A DNA stretch of 64,000 nt from Desulfatiglandales bacterium (GTDB lineage Bacteria; Desulfobacterota; DSM-4660; Desulfatiglandales; HGW-15). The stretch lies in the NCBI GenBank assembly GCA_963667015.2, contig CAXXJJ010000004.1, positions 2,656,001 to 2,720,000 on the forward strand. Direction: 5' to 3'. Positions 26,151 to 37,197 of this stretch are shown piece after piece (positions within the stretch are counted from its first letter, which is position 1; each line of letters opens with the position of its first letter). A program made the translations under genes and the position numbers. The notes beneath the pieces are model-generated. The model was not told where the DNA came from, ran no database searches, and worked only from the letters and a program-made list of their open reading frames with translations.

Positions 26151-27509
26151 ATGTCAAAGCATTCTAAGTTAATTTTCATCTGCCAAAACTGCGGATATCA
26201 GACACCTAAATGGCTGGGCAAATGCCCTGACTGCGGTCAGTGGGACAGCATAAGTGAAGAAATCACAGGCAGCCCCGCCAGGGTTTCTACTCTATCAACC
26301 ACAATGAGTGGTCCCCAGGAAATCAGCAGCATACCCTTTTCTCCTGACAGTAAAATCAAAACCGGGATGACTGAATTTGACAGGGCAATTGGCGGCGGGA
26401 TTGTTCCCGGATCCCTTTTACTTATTGGCGGTGAACCGGGGATTGGGAAATCGACCCTTATTCTCCAGGTCGCCGGAGACCTTTCTCAAAATGATAGAAA
26501 AACAATCTATCTCTCAGGAGAAGAATCTGCTCAGCAAATAAAACTTAGAGCAGAGAGGCTGTCAATCAACTCTGACAATATCTATATAATTACAGGCACA
26601 TGTATAGAAGATCTTTTTGACAGGATAAAAGACATTAAAACAGATTTTTTGGTTGTTGATTCTATTCAGACAACATACACGGATACACTGCCCTCGGCTC
26701 CGGGAAGTGTCGGGCAGATAAGAGAAGTCTCTGCAAAACTCCTGAGATGGGCTAAAGAAAAAAACATTCCGGTCTTTCTGATCGGGCATATAACAAAGGA
26801 AGGCGCAATTGCTGGCCCAAAAATTCTCGAACACCTTGTGGATACCGTCCTTTATTTTGAGGGGGATAGCAGCCATACCTTCAGGATAATAAGGACTGTA
26901 AAAAACCGCTATGGATCTACAAATGAAATCGGTGTTTTTGAGATGAAGGAAACAGGACTTGCAGAGGTTGGGAATCCGTCAAGGATTTTTCTCGAAGAGC
27001 GGCCGGAGAATGCCTCCGGATCGGTTGTAATACCCTGCCTCGAAGGCACAAGACCTTTGCTTCTGGAAATTCAGGCACTCGTAAGCCCAAGCCCTTTTGG
27101 CATGCCCAGAAGAACCGCTGTTGGCGTAGACCACAATCGAATTTCTCTCCTGGTTGCGGTTCTGGCGAAAAGGATCGGTATTGAACTTGGAGATCAGGAT
27201 ATATTTGTAAACGTTGCAGGAGGTCTGCGGGTAGATGAACCGGCTGCAGACCTGGGAATTGTAACGGCAATGATATCCAGCTTCCTGAATAAACCTGTTG
27301 ACCCTGAAATGGTCATATTCGGAGAAGTTGGACTGGCAGGAGAAGTACGCGGGGTTATTCAGCCAGAAACAAGGATCAGGGAAGCGGAAAAAATGGGATT
27401 TGCCAAATGCATCCTGTCCAGGAGCAATCTTGAGAGCTGCAGAACCGAATATAATATTAAAAAATACGGTGTTAATTCCGTATCAGATTTAATGGATATT
27501 TTATTTTAA
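26151..27509 (+). CDS. radA: DNA repair protein RadA/Sms
   Basis: C4 zinc finger, GEPGIGKST, KNRYG. Confidence 0.97.
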   Translation: MSKHSKLIFICQNCGYQTPKWLGKCPDCGQWDSISEEITGSPARVSTLSTTMSGPQEISSIPFSPDSKIKTGMTEFDRAIGGGIVPGSLLLIGGEPGIGKSTLILQVAGDLSQNDRKTIYLSGEESAQQIKLRAERLSINSDNIYIITGTCIEDLFDRIKDIKTDFLVVDSIQTTYTDTLPSAPGSVGQIREVSAKLLRWAKEKNIPVFLIGHITKEGAIAGPKILEHLVDTVLYFEGDSSHTFRIIRTVKNRYGSTNEIGVFEMKETGLAEVGNPSRIFLEERPENASGSVVIPCLEGTRPLLLEIQALVSPSPFGMPRRTAVGVDHNRISLLVAVLAKRIGIELGDQDIFVNVAGGLRVDEPAADLGIVTAMISSFLNKPVDPEMVIFGEVGLAGEVRGVIQPETRIREAEKMGFAKCILSRSNLESCRTEYNIKKYGVNSVSDLMDILF

Positions 27510-27530
27510 AAGAGGCGTTTCAGATAAAGT

Positions 27531-28592
27531 TTGGAGACAACAGCAATAAAAAAAACAACAGAATTATGGGAGGATCTCCTTAATCAGGGCATAGCATGTG
27601 CTGATGAGTTGACGCAGATTTCGGGATATAATAGATCGGATATTGATATTGTTGCAGGAAAATATCCAATGTTTATAAACCCGTATTACTTTAATGTGAT
27701 AAAGAACAACAGAAGCCTTTTGAAACAGGCGATCCCTGATATAAGGGAGATTTCAGATCAAAGGGGCTACCTCGATCCACTGGACGAAGAAAACCTTTCC
27801 CCTGTACCAGGACTTACACATAAATATCCCGACAGGGTTCTGTTCCTCATATCCGGCCGGTGCGCAATGTACTGCAGGTTCTGCAACAGAAAAAGAAAAG
27901 TCGGAAATCCTTCAATGGTAACAGAAGAATCAATTGAAGAAGGGTTAAAATACATAAAGGCTACAAAAGCCGTTAAGGATGTGCTCCTTTCGGGGGGAGA
28001 CCCCCTGCTTCTATCCGATGAAAGACTAAATTACATTCTGTCCCGGTTAAAAGAGATAAACCATGTGGAAATAGTCCGAATCGGGACAAGGATTCCATGC
28101 ACACTTCCCCAGAGAATAACTCCGGACCTTGTAAACATCCTGAAAAGGTATCACCCGCTTTATATCAATACGCACTTCAACCATCCCCGGGAAATAACAC
28201 CTGAAGCCTCCGTTGCATGTAAAATGCTTGCAGATGCTGGGATTCCATTGGGATGTCAGACAGTCCTTCTAAAGGGAATTAACGATGACATAGACACGAT
28301 ACTTGAACTCATGAGAAGGTTGCTCACAATTCGCGTAAAGCCATATTATCTGTTTCAGGCAGATCTGGCCAGAGGCACATCTCATTTCTGGACACCGCTT
28401 CAAAAAGGGATTGAAATTATATCCGGGCTTCAGGGATTCTTATCCGGCATCGGTGTCCCACGATTTGTAATTGACCTGCCCAACGGGGGAGGAAAAATTC
28501 CGGTCATTCCCGAGTATATAAAGGCTGTAAAAGGAAATGAATTTATTATAAGGAATTATAAGGGGGTTGAATATAAATACCCGGTAATATAA
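27531..28592 (+). CDS. KamA-family radical SAM (lysine 2,3-aminomutase-like)
   Basis: HKYPDRVL, CAMYCRFCNR, SGGDP, HFNHP, GGGKIP; TTG start. Confidence 0.9.
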   Translation: METTAIKKTTELWEDLLNQGIACADELTQISGYNRSDIDIVAGKYPMFINPYYFNVIKNNRSLLKQAIPDIREISDQRGYLDPLDEENLSPVPGLTHKYPDRVLFLISGRCAMYCRFCNRKRKVGNPSMVTEESIEEGLKYIKATKAVKDVLLSGGDPLLLSDERLNYILSRLKEINHVEIVRIGTRIPCTLPQRITPDLVNILKRYHPLYINTHFNHPREITPEASVACKMLADAGIPLGCQTVLLKGINDDIDTILELMRRLLTIRVKPYYLFQADLARGTSHFWTPLQKGIEIISGLQGFLSGIGVPRFVIDLPNGGGKIPVIPEYIKAVKGNEFIIRNYKGVEYKYPVI

Positions 28593-28668
28593 AGAAGAGA
28601 TAATTATCTACAGAATTGGTTTGTATAAATACTAAAGTGGCTTTATTAGATCAGGAAAGGAAAAGATA

Positions 28669-30270
28669 ATGATAAAAGTATCATGCATGGGCGGGGCAGG
28701 CGGGGTAACAGGTTCAAGTTTTTTGGTTGAAAGCAATCAGGGGAAAAAAGTACTGGTTGACTGCGGATTGTTTCAGGGCGGAAGGCAGATGGAACAGCGG
28801 AACTGGGCAGACTGGGGTTTTAACCCGGCAGATATCAGCACATTATTTTTGACCCACGCCCACATTGATCACAGCGGAAGAATACCGAAACTGGTAAAAG
28901 ATGGTTTTTCAGGGAAAATAATAACTTCTCCGCCCACTGCAGAATTATGTGAAATAATGCTCCTTGATTCAGCTCATATACAGGAAATGGATGCGGAATG
29001 GCAGACCAAAAAAAACAAAAGACAGTCAAAATCCGAAATAGAGCCCCTCTACAACACTAAAGATGCAGAAGAATCTCTTCATCTTTTTTCACCTATCGAG
29101 AGAGATAATATTATTCAGGTTGAGCCGGGAATAAAGGCCAGATTAAGAAATGCAGGGCATATTCTTGGCTCCTCAATACTTGAGCTGTGGGTTGAAACCG
29201 AAGGCGGAGAGGTCAAGATTGTTTTTTCGGGCGACATAGGCAAACATAATCAATTGATCGTAAAGGATCCCCATGAAATATTTGCGGCTGATTACCTTTT
29301 TATCGAATCAACCTATGGTGACAGACTGCATCGAACATTTGATGACAGCGTGGTTGAACTTTTGGAGGCAATAAAACACGCTGCATCAAATAATGAGAAG
29401 GTAATAATCCCTGCCTTTGCCGTAGAGAGAACACAGGAAATCCTTTATATCCTGGGAGACTTCCAGCGCAAGGGAGAACTGCCTGACATCCCCATATACC
29501 TCGACAGCCCGCTTGCAATCAGGGCGACCCAGATCTTCCGTAAAAACAAAAAATACTATGATGAAGAAGCAATGGCGATTGTGAAAGAAGGTTTTGATCC
29601 CTTTGATATGCCGAATCTCAAATTTACTCTGGCTACCAAAGATTCCATGGCTATAAACGAAACCCCCGGATCTGCAATTGTCATAGCCGCAAATGGCATG
29701 TGCACTGCCGGAAGGATAAAACATCACCTCAAGCATAATCTATGGCGTCCCGGTGCCAGCATTGTAATAGTCGGTTATCAGGCTGTTGGCACAACAGGAA
29801 GAAAAATCGTGGAAGGCGCCAGGTCGGTAAAGATTTTCCGTGAAAATGTCGATGTAAATGCAAAGGTATATACAATAGGAGGATTCTCAGCACATGCTGA
29901 TCAAAAAGATCTTCTTGAATGGGTAAGTAATTTTAAGGAGTCCAGCCCAAGGGTATTTGTAATACACGGGGAGGAGACATCAAGCCGGAAATTCGCGGAT
30001 AAAATAAAGACTAACTTTGGTTTTGAGGCACATGTACCGGGATACAGGGAGCGCCTGATCCTGAAACCGCGGGAAATAATCAGTGAAGAAGTATCGGCCC
30101 CTGCAGAAGCAGCATACTTTGAACCTGCATATAACAGCATTATTGATATTGAGAAGCAATTGGCCGATCTTAAAAAATACTTAAAGAAGAATGAAGGCGA
30201 CCTGAGTGAAGATGTCATTGACAGGCTTAAATATATCCTTGATGATTTGCAGGACCTGCAAAAATCATAG
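28669..30270 (+). CDS. MBL-fold beta-CASP ribonuclease
   Basis: THAHIDHSG, AGHILGS, ESTYG, FSAHAD. Confidence 0.92.
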   Translation: MIKVSCMGGAGGVTGSSFLVESNQGKKVLVDCGLFQGGRQMEQRNWADWGFNPADISTLFLTHAHIDHSGRIPKLVKDGFSGKIITSPPTAELCEIMLLDSAHIQEMDAEWQTKKNKRQSKSEIEPLYNTKDAEESLHLFSPIERDNIIQVEPGIKARLRNAGHILGSSILELWVETEGGEVKIVFSGDIGKHNQLIVKDPHEIFAADYLFIESTYGDRLHRTFDDSVVELLEAIKHAASNNEKVIIPAFAVERTQEILYILGDFQRKGELPDIPIYLDSPLAIRATQIFRKNKKYYDEEAMAIVKEGFDPFDMPNLKFTLATKDSMAINETPGSAIVIAANGMCTAGRIKHHLKHNLWRPGASIVIVGYQAVGTTGRKIVEGARSVKIFRENVDVNAKVYTIGGFSAHADQKDLLEWVSNFKESSPRVFVIHGEETSSRKFADKIKTNFGFEAHVPGYRERLILKPREIISEEVSAPAEAAYFEPAYNSIIDIEKQLADLKKYLKKNEGDLSEDVIDRLKYILDDLQDLQKS

Positions 30271-30335
30271 ATCTGCATAAAATATAATTTTGTTTTTGGC
30301 GCAGGTAAAATAGGTTCAAAATACTGAATAAAGAT

Positions 30336-32027
30336 ATGAATCAATCAAAAAAAATAAAGACCAATCTCGAGTATCTTAAAAAGCTTTTTATCATGCCGGA
30401 GTCGCCGGATAAATTTGTTGAGTTCGGCCATGAACTGCTGGAAATGATACATGATTTTTTTCAGGAAAAAGGAGGCATCCACAGCAGCGCAACACTCCCA
30501 CAGTTAAGTGGTATTTTCAATCAGACCTCGATCCCTGACAGCCCTTCATTAATCAAGGACGTCATGTCCGAGATCAAGTCAAAGGTTATAGACCATTCTG
30601 TAAAGGTTGGAAACCCCTACTATATAGGTCATATGACCAGCGCCATACCCTATTTCATGGTCCTCCTTGAGATGATCATCGCTGCATTGAACCAGAACCA
30701 GGTCAAGATCGAAACAGCAAAGGCGTCGAGCTTCGTTGAAAGAGAACTTGTAGCCTGGCTGCACAACCTGATATTTAACAAAAGACCCGGCTTCTATGAA
30801 AGGAACATACACAACCCAAAGGTCTCCCTTGGAAGTGTAACCTCAGGCGGGACGCTCTCAAATGTCACAGCATTGATGGTAGCAAGGGAAAGGGCATTTC
30901 CCCCTGAGGGTGAATTCCCTGGATTGAGGATTGCCGGTTCAGAAAAGGCACTGAGATATTATGGATATAACAGGGGAATAATCCTTGTTTCAACAAGGGG
31001 CCATTATTCTATTACAAAGGCGGCAAACATTCTTGGGATAGGAGAATCAAATGTCATTAATATCCCTGTTGATAAAAATAATCGAATAAATATTAAAAAG
31101 CTTCTGAAAAGAATTAAATCATTCAATGGGAAAAGAAAAACTGACCGCACAAAAATAATCTCCATAATAGGAATTGCCGGTACAACCGAAACCGGAAATA
31201 TTGATGATCTCGAAACCTTAAGCAAAATAGCCAGAGATAATGAGGCCTATTTTCATGTAGATGCCGCCTGGGGCGGCCCGGCCCTTCTGGTCGATGAATA
31301 CAGACCGCTTTTCAGGGGGATAGAGAAAGCGGATTCCGTAGCATTTGACTCTCATAAACTGCTTTATTGCCCGATGAGTATGGGGCTTGCTCTGTTCAGG
31401 AGTGAAAAAGACCTTGGGTATATCAAGCATAATTCAAGATATGTAATACGAAAAAATTCCGTTGATACAGGCAGGTTTACGCTGGAGGGGTCTCGGCCTT
31501 TTGCCTGCCTCAAACCATGGGCCTCACTGAAAATTATCGGGAAGAAGGGATATGGCCTGCTGTTCAGGCAGGCAAGAAACGCGACAGATTATTTCCAGGA
31601 GATTCTGGATTCCTGTGACAATTTTGAGATACTGAACAACCCTGAACTGTTTATACTTAATTACCGGTTCATTCCCGAGACAGTACAGCATCAGATCTCC
31701 ATGTGGAGAAATACCAGAACAAAAACAGGGAGAATTGAGAAAAAGGCAAAAAAGAAGATCCATAAAACCAATATGCTTATCAACAGCCTGAATATAAAAC
31801 TTCACAGGGCACTGAGAAAGGATGATACGACTTTCGTTTCCAGAACAACCCTTGAATCAACAGTCTATCGTCCCCAAAATATAGTAGTACTGCGCGCGGT
31901 TCTTATAAACCCGCTGACAGAAAACAATGTACTGGATGAGATAAAGAACACACAGAACCGCATCGGACTTGATATGTGGAAGGAGTTCAGTCCTGCCTTT
32001 GAGAAGATCAGAACTGCAATCGATTAG
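30336..32027 (+). CDS. panP: PLP-dependent aspartate 1-decarboxylase
   Basis: GHMTSA, LNQNQVKIETAK, HVDAAWGG, DSHK, TLEGSRP. Confidence 0.85.
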   Translation: MNQSKKIKTNLEYLKKLFIMPESPDKFVEFGHELLEMIHDFFQEKGGIHSSATLPQLSGIFNQTSIPDSPSLIKDVMSEIKSKVIDHSVKVGNPYYIGHMTSAIPYFMVLLEMIIAALNQNQVKIETAKASSFVERELVAWLHNLIFNKRPGFYERNIHNPKVSLGSVTSGGTLSNVTALMVARERAFPPEGEFPGLRIAGSEKALRYYGYNRGIILVSTRGHYSITKAANILGIGESNVINIPVDKNNRINIKKLLKRIKSFNGKRKTDRTKIISIIGIAGTTETGNIDDLETLSKIARDNEAYFHVDAAWGGPALLVDEYRPLFRGIEKADSVAFDSHKLLYCPMSMGLALFRSEKDLGYIKHNSRYVIRKNSVDTGRFTLEGSRPFACLKPWASLKIIGKKGYGLLFRQARNATDYFQEILDSCDNFEILNNPELFILNYRFIPETVQHQISMWRNTRTKTGRIEKKAKKKIHKTNMLINSLNIKLHRALRKDDTTFVSRTTLESTVYRPQNIVVLRAVLINPLTENNVLDEIKNTQNRIGLDMWKEFSPAFEKIRTAID

Positions 32028-32141
32028 TCCCTAATTGACTTCACATAACATTTCAGTTAATCTTCACTTATTATAAACAAATCCGATGCACATCCTTCCT
32101 TTAAAAGAGCAGATGCGTATGAATTCAATCAGGTCTAATAT

Positions 32142-32906
32142 ATGGGACATATCTTTGATATCCATCTAGCAAAAGCCTATGAAACCTGGAACAGGTCCCC
32201 TAAGGGTCTGCGAATGGAGGCCTTTATTGAAAAAATGATTTCGGAAAACCTGAAACCATTTAAGCATGAAAGTGTCCTGGATATCGGCTGCGGATCGGGA
32301 AGTCATCTTCAGCTGGCCCGAAACCGTGGACTGGACATAACAGGTATTGATGCATCACCCTATATGATATCCCTTGCCAGGAACAGGCTGGGAAATCAAT
32401 GTGAATTGAAGAAGGCGAAGGCCGAGGACATTCCCTTTGACGACAACGAATTTGATCTGGTTTTTATGATTAACACCCTTGAGTTCCTTGACGATCCACT
32501 TTCGGCATTACGGGAGGCAGGGAGAGTTGCAAAAAGAGGTATATTCATTGTCACCTTTAACAGTATTTCCAGATATTGCAGGTGGCAAAAAATATGCGGC
32601 TTGTTCAGCAGAAACCTTTTTTCATATATTCGGCCCTACAACCTGTGGGAGATAAAAAAACTGATCAACAGGGCATATGGCCCTGTTCCGATAACATGGC
32701 AAAGCGAGTATCTTATTCCTGCACTTTTTAAAAAAATAGGCTCCCCCTTTATCCCCGGCAGGATCGCCATGCCATTCGGCTACCTGATCGGCATCTCAGT
32801 AACCCTGAAATACAGATATAAAACCGATAATCTTTTTATCAAAAAAGAAATAAGCAGAAGCAAAGGCCCAGTTATCGAAGGGGTTAATATAAGTCACAGC
32901 AAATAG
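32142..32906 (+). CDS. Class I SAM-dependent methyltransferase
   Basis: VLDIGCGSG, IPFDDNEFD. Confidence 0.85.
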   Translation: MGHIFDIHLAKAYETWNRSPKGLRMEAFIEKMISENLKPFKHESVLDIGCGSGSHLQLARNRGLDITGIDASPYMISLARNRLGNQCELKKAKAEDIPFDDNEFDLVFMINTLEFLDDPLSALREAGRVAKRGIFIVTFNSISRYCRWQKICGLFSRNLFSYIRPYNLWEIKKLINRAYGPVPITWQSEYLIPALFKKIGSPFIPGRIAMPFGYLIGISVTLKYRYKTDNLFIKKEISRSKGPVIEGVNISHSK

Positions 32907-32923
32907 CATATGGAGGTTTTAAA

Positions 32924-33937
32924 ATGGTCAAAGAAGCTCTGCTTTATGAAAAATTAACAGATAATAAAGTCAGATGCCTGCTATGCAATCATAGATGTAC
33001 CATATCAGACACCTCTACAGGGATATGCGGAGTAAGGAAAAACAATAAGGGAACACTCATAACACTTGTCTATGACAAAATAGTAGCAAGGCATCTTGAC
33101 CCGATCGAAAAAAAACCCCTTTTTCATTTTCTCCCGGGCAGCAGGTCCTATTCCATAGCAACCCCAGGGTGCAACCTGAAATGCAGTTTCTGTCAGAACA
33201 GCGATATTTCCCAGATGCCTGCCGACAATAACCGGATTATGGGTGAAAGCATCCCGCCTGAAGCGCTTGTTCAAGAGGCTGAAGCAGGAAACGCAGCCAC
33301 CATTGCATATACATACACCGAACCGACAATCTACTATGAGCTAGCAAAAGAAACAGCAATGCTTGCGGCATCAAGGGGTATTAAAAATATCTTTGTTTCA
33401 AACGGATATATGTCTCACGAGTGCCTTGATGACATTTCAGGGTGCCTTCACGGGGCAAATATTGATCTTAAGGCATTTAACGACGATTTTTACAGAAAAC
33501 AGTGCGGGGCAAGACTTGAGCCGGTATTGAATACCATAAAAAAAATAGCAAATATGGGAATATGGATCGAAATTACCACACTGCTTATTCCGGGATTGAA
33601 CGATTCCGAGGAGGAACTCTCAAAACTGGCTGAATTTATAGCCGATCAGAGTACGGATATCCCGTGGCATATAAGCAGGTTTCACCCGACATACAGGATG
33701 CGAAATGTTCCGCCTACATCGCCGGATAAAATTCACCTGGCAAAACAGATTGGAAACAGCACTGGCCTTAAATATGTGTACACAGGAAATATACCTGGTG
33801 ATGAAGGTGAGAAAACCTTCTGCCACAACTGCGGAAGCATGCTCATCGATCGTTATGGTTTTTCTGTCAATTATAACAATATAAAGAGTGGGTTATGTTC
33901 TGCGTGCGGATCTTCTATCCCCGGGGTATGGGAATAG
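32924..33937 (+). CDS. amrS: AmmeMemoRadiSam system radical SAM enzyme
   Basis: DPIEKKPLFHF, GCNLKCSFCQN, YTYTEP, N- and C-terminal Cys clusters. Confidence 0.9.
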   Translation: MVKEALLYEKLTDNKVRCLLCNHRCTISDTSTGICGVRKNNKGTLITLVYDKIVARHLDPIEKKPLFHFLPGSRSYSIATPGCNLKCSFCQNSDISQMPADNNRIMGESIPPEALVQEAEAGNAATIAYTYTEPTIYYELAKETAMLAASRGIKNIFVSNGYMSHECLDDISGCLHGANIDLKAFNDDFYRKQCGARLEPVLNTIKKIANMGIWIEITTLLIPGLNDSEEELSKLAEFIADQSTDIPWHISRFHPTYRMRNVPPTSPDKIHLAKQIGNSTGLKYVYTGNIPGDEGEKTFCHNCGSMLIDRYGFSVNYNNIKSGLCSACGSSIPGVWE

Positions 33938-33944
33938 AGGAAGA

Positions 33945-34694
33945 CTAATAATTAACCATGGTTAAGAATAATCCCTGGGGCGGGGCCTTATAACCTGCCT
34001 TTTTTCTGTCTTTCAACTCAAGTATTTCCCGGAACTCATCACTCGTTATTTTTCCCTTTCCTGCGTCTACTACGGTCCCCACTATATTCCTGACCATATG
34101 CTTCAGAAATCCTTCAGCCTCAAAGGAAAAATGTGCAGTTCCGTCAGGCTTTCGGTCAGAAAGCTCTGCCCGGAATATTTCCCTTACAGGATTGACATTA
34201 CTGGTCCCTGATGATCGGAATGAGGTAAAATCATGCCGGCCTGTTATGCATGCAAGACATTTCCTCATTTCTTCAAAATTAAGATCATCCTTAATATGCC
34301 AGACATATCTGCGTAAAAAAATATCTACTTCTTTTGAATTTAAAATTCTGTACTCATAGGCTTTACTTTTTGCGGAGTACCTTGAATGGAAATCGTGAGC
34401 AACATATTCGGATTTTTTAATATAAATATCATTGGGCAGTAATGAATTAAGGCCGCTTTTTATCGATTCGGGAGGGATGCTGGTCTCAGTTAAAAAATTA
34501 CATACCTGATGCAGCGCATGTACACCTGAATCAGTCCTGCCCGATGCATGAAGTGTTACAGGTTTTCCTGTCATGATACCGAGTTTCTCCTCGATGAGTT
34601 CCTGGATTGTCACTTCATCCTTCTGGCGCTGCCATCCGTGGAAATTAGTGCCTTCATACTGCAGGATCAGTCTGATATTTTTTATTTCATTCAT
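33945..34694 (-). CDS. truA: tRNA pseudouridine(38-40) synthase
   Basis: FHGWQRQ, SGRTDSGVHA, FLKHMVR. Confidence 0.95.
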   Translation of the reverse strand: MNEIKNIRLILQYEGTNFHGWQRQKDEVTIQELIEEKLGIMTGKPVTLHASGRTDSGVHALHQVCNFLTETSIPPESIKSGLNSLLPNDIYIKKSEYVAHDFHSRYSAKSKAYEYRILNSKEVDIFLRRYVWHIKDDLNFEEMRKCLACITGRHDFTSFRSSGTSNVNPVREIFRAELSDRKPDGTAHFSFEAEGFLKHMVRNIVGTVVDAGKGKITSDEFREILELKDRKKAGYKAPPQGLFLTMVNY

Positions 34695-34720
34695 CCTGAT
34701 TTCCAGATTCAACAAGCCAT

Positions 34721-34750
34721 AAAAAAAGGAAGCCGTATCAGCTTCCTTTT
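34721..34750 (-). terminator. Intrinsic terminator after rpsI
   Basis: GGAAGC/GCTTCC stem with T7 tail on the minus strand. Confidence 0.8.
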
Positions 34751-34800
34751 CAGGTTCTCTAATTTGAATATTTTTATTGTAGAAAAATCCGGTAAAAAGA

Positions 34801-35193
34801 TTAACGCTTTGAATACTGGAAGCGTGCCCTGGCTCCGGGCTGACCGTATTTTTTCCTTTCTTTCATTCTCGGGTCTCGGGTAAGCAGCTCCGACTTCTTA
34901 AGGAGAGAGCGGAATTCAGGATTAATGCTTACCAGCGCCCTGCTGATACCATGCCTGATTGCCCCTGCCTGCCCAATAACTCCGCCACCACGTACATTTA
35001 CGTTGATGTCGTATTTATCCATGGTCTCTGTAATTTCAAGAGGCTGCTTTACAACCTCAACACCAGACTCTCTTGTTATGTACTGATCAAGAGCCTTGCT
35101 ATTTACTGTTATCACACCGGTGCCCGGTTTCATCCAAACACGTGCGATTGAAGTTTTTCTTTTGCCAACGGCATGCCATAAGTCTTGAGCCAT
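34801..35193 (-). CDS. rpsI: 30S ribosomal protein S9
   Basis: GKRKTSIARV, ERKKYG, ARARFQYSKR. Confidence 0.98.
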   Translation of the reverse strand: MAQDLWHAVGKRKTSIARVWMKPGTGVITVNSKALDQYITRESGVEVVKQPLEITETMDKYDINVNVRGGGVIGQAGAIRHGISRALVSINPEFRSLLKKSELLTRDPRMKERKKYGQPGARARFQYSKR

Positions 35194-35204
35194 TAAGAGA
35201 CCTC

Positions 35205-35633
35205 CTACATCTTTATCAATTGAGGGTTCTGGGCAACATGTGGATGCTCAGAACCTGCATATATTTTAAGCTTTTTTAGCTGACGTCTTCCGAGGCTGTT
35301 CTTGGGGAGCATCCTTTTTACAGCCATATACAGAACCTGATCAGGTTTTTTTTCAATAAGTTTTTTCGCAGAAATCTGTTTTAGCCCGCCCATATAACCA
35401 GTATGCCTGTAGTACATCTTATTGTCCCATTTATTACCTGTCAATGAGACCTTATCGGCATTAATAACAACAACAAAATCGCCTGTATCGGCATGGGGAG
35501 TAAAAATAGGCTTGTGCTTTCCTCGCAGTCGCATGGCAATCTGGGTAGCCAGCCGGCCAAGGATCATATCCTGTGCGTCAACAAGGTACCATTTCTTTTC
35601 TACTTCGTGTTCTTTCGCAACATATGTTTTCAT
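35205..35633 (-). CDS. rplM: 50S ribosomal protein L13
   Basis: [26 protein letters not shown]. Confidence 0.98.
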   Translation of the reverse strand: MKTYVAKEHEVEKKWYLVDAQDMILGRLATQIAMRLRGKHKPIFTPHADTGDFVVVINADKVSLTGNKWDNKMYYRHTGYMGGLKQISAKKLIEKKPDQVLYMAVKRMLPKNSLGRRQLKKLKIYAGSEHPHVAQNPQLIKM

Positions 35634-35784
35634 TTTTATTTATCCTAAATGTAAAATCGAAAAACGAATTAATTAAAGCAATAATCACAATATGTCAAGT
35701 TTTTTTAAGTATTTTTTATTTGAAATTTAATTTTCATCAGTCCGTGTTTCTGACCAAAAGGCCGGAGACAATATACACCAAGAT

Positions 35785-37197
35785 CTATTGGGCCTGCAAT
35801 GGAAGAATGATCCGGATCTCAAAACCCTTTTCCGAATTTGCTGCAAGGGCTGCCCCGCCATGCCTTTCAACAATTTTATGGGTTATGGCCAGTCCCAGGC
35901 CTGAACCTGATTTACCGGATTCTTTGGCCCTCTGAAACGGCTCAAAAATACGCCCAAGATCTTCATCATCGAGCTTTTTATAGGAATTTATGACACTCAG
36001 CTCAACATACCCGTCTTCAGATGAGAGAGATATAAAAATATTCCCGTTTGGCTCGGTATATTTAACAGCATTATCAATGACATTCAAAAAGGCTGTACTC
36101 AGGGAACCGATATTACCCTCAAAACCGGGAATTAATGAAAGCCGGGTATGTATACCAAGATTTTTCCTGTCAATAATTGGTTTAAGCTGATGGATCAGGT
36201 CATTAATTAACTCTTTAATATCAAAAGGCTCCATTTCAAAGCGAACCTCATGCATATCTATCTTTGAAAGCTCAAGTATCCGGCCGATCAATTTGTTAAG
36301 AAGATCAACATCCTCCCTGATATCATCAAGATGCCTCAGATAGATTTCCTGATCATCATTCTCAAGTTTTTCCCTCATTATCTCTTCGGCGATTCTGATC
36401 CTTGTAAGGGGTGTCCTCAGTTCATGAGAGACAAGGGCGGTTAAGGCTTTTCCTCCCACAATCATCCTTTCGACCTTGTCTGCCATCTGGTTGAATGCAT
36501 TACCTAGCTCCCCTATTTCATCATTCCCCTTTATATCAATCCGGTAAGACAGATCTCCGGAGGCTATCCGTAATGCCGACTGTTTCAGCTGTTTTACCCT
36601 TTCGGTAATAAATCTTGATATGGGAATTACAAGAATGGCGATAATGATGCCGACTACCACGAGGCTATATATAAAACCTGTATCCTGCCTTTCAATTTTC
36701 CTTGTGCCAAGAAGGATATGCAGGGTAATTTTTTCCGGCTTCGGGCCTTTTATGGGCGAAACAACATAAATATCACGGGCCTCATTGAAATCCTGATAAA
36801 GACTTATATCCTCGTCCTCATACATATATTTGTAATCATCGGACAGGCTATCAAGTTCTTCAGGAATTTCATCGTCAAAGGATTTATAAAGGGTGCGGTT
36901 ATTGATGCTTATCCATAATTTTGCATTGCTTATTTTTACATATTTTTTAATCAGACTTAAATCTGTATTGCCAATTTCCAACAGATTTATATCTGAACTC
37001 GCCCTGATTTTTTCCTCAACCAGCTCCCTTAAAAGAAGTACTCTCTCAAAGGTATATAACCTGACCTGCCCCTTGATGAAACGCATCCTTGTCTGTTCTT
37101 CTGTAGCATTGTAGATCCCAAAGATTGTAAGCAGTGTGACTATCAATATGAAGGTAAAGGACAGAAAAAATGTTAAATATAATTTAGTAGGTCTCAT
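35785..37197 (-). CDS. HAMP-domain sensor histidine kinase (CpxA-like)
   Basis: Two TMs, HAMP, SHELRTPL, NAVKY, GSGLGLAI. Confidence 0.92.
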   Translation of the reverse strand: MRPTKLYLTFFLSFTFILIVTLLTIFGIYNATEEQTRMRFIKGQVRLYTFERVLLLRELVEEKIRASSDINLLEIGNTDLSLIKKYVKISNAKLWISINNRTLYKSFDDEIPEELDSLSDDYKYMYEDEDISLYQDFNEARDIYVVSPIKGPKPEKITLHILLGTRKIERQDTGFIYSLVVVGIIIAILVIPISRFITERVKQLKQSALRIASGDLSYRIDIKGNDEIGELGNAFNQMADKVERMIVGGKALTALVSHELRTPLTRIRIAEEIMREKLENDDQEIYLRHLDDIREDVDLLNKLIGRILELSKIDMHEVRFEMEPFDIKELINDLIHQLKPIIDRKNLGIHTRLSLIPGFEGNIGSLSTAFLNVIDNAVKYTEPNGNIFISLSSEDGYVELSVINSYKKLDDEDLGRIFEPFQRAKESGKSGSGLGLAITHKIVERHGGAALAANSEKGFEIRIILPLQAQ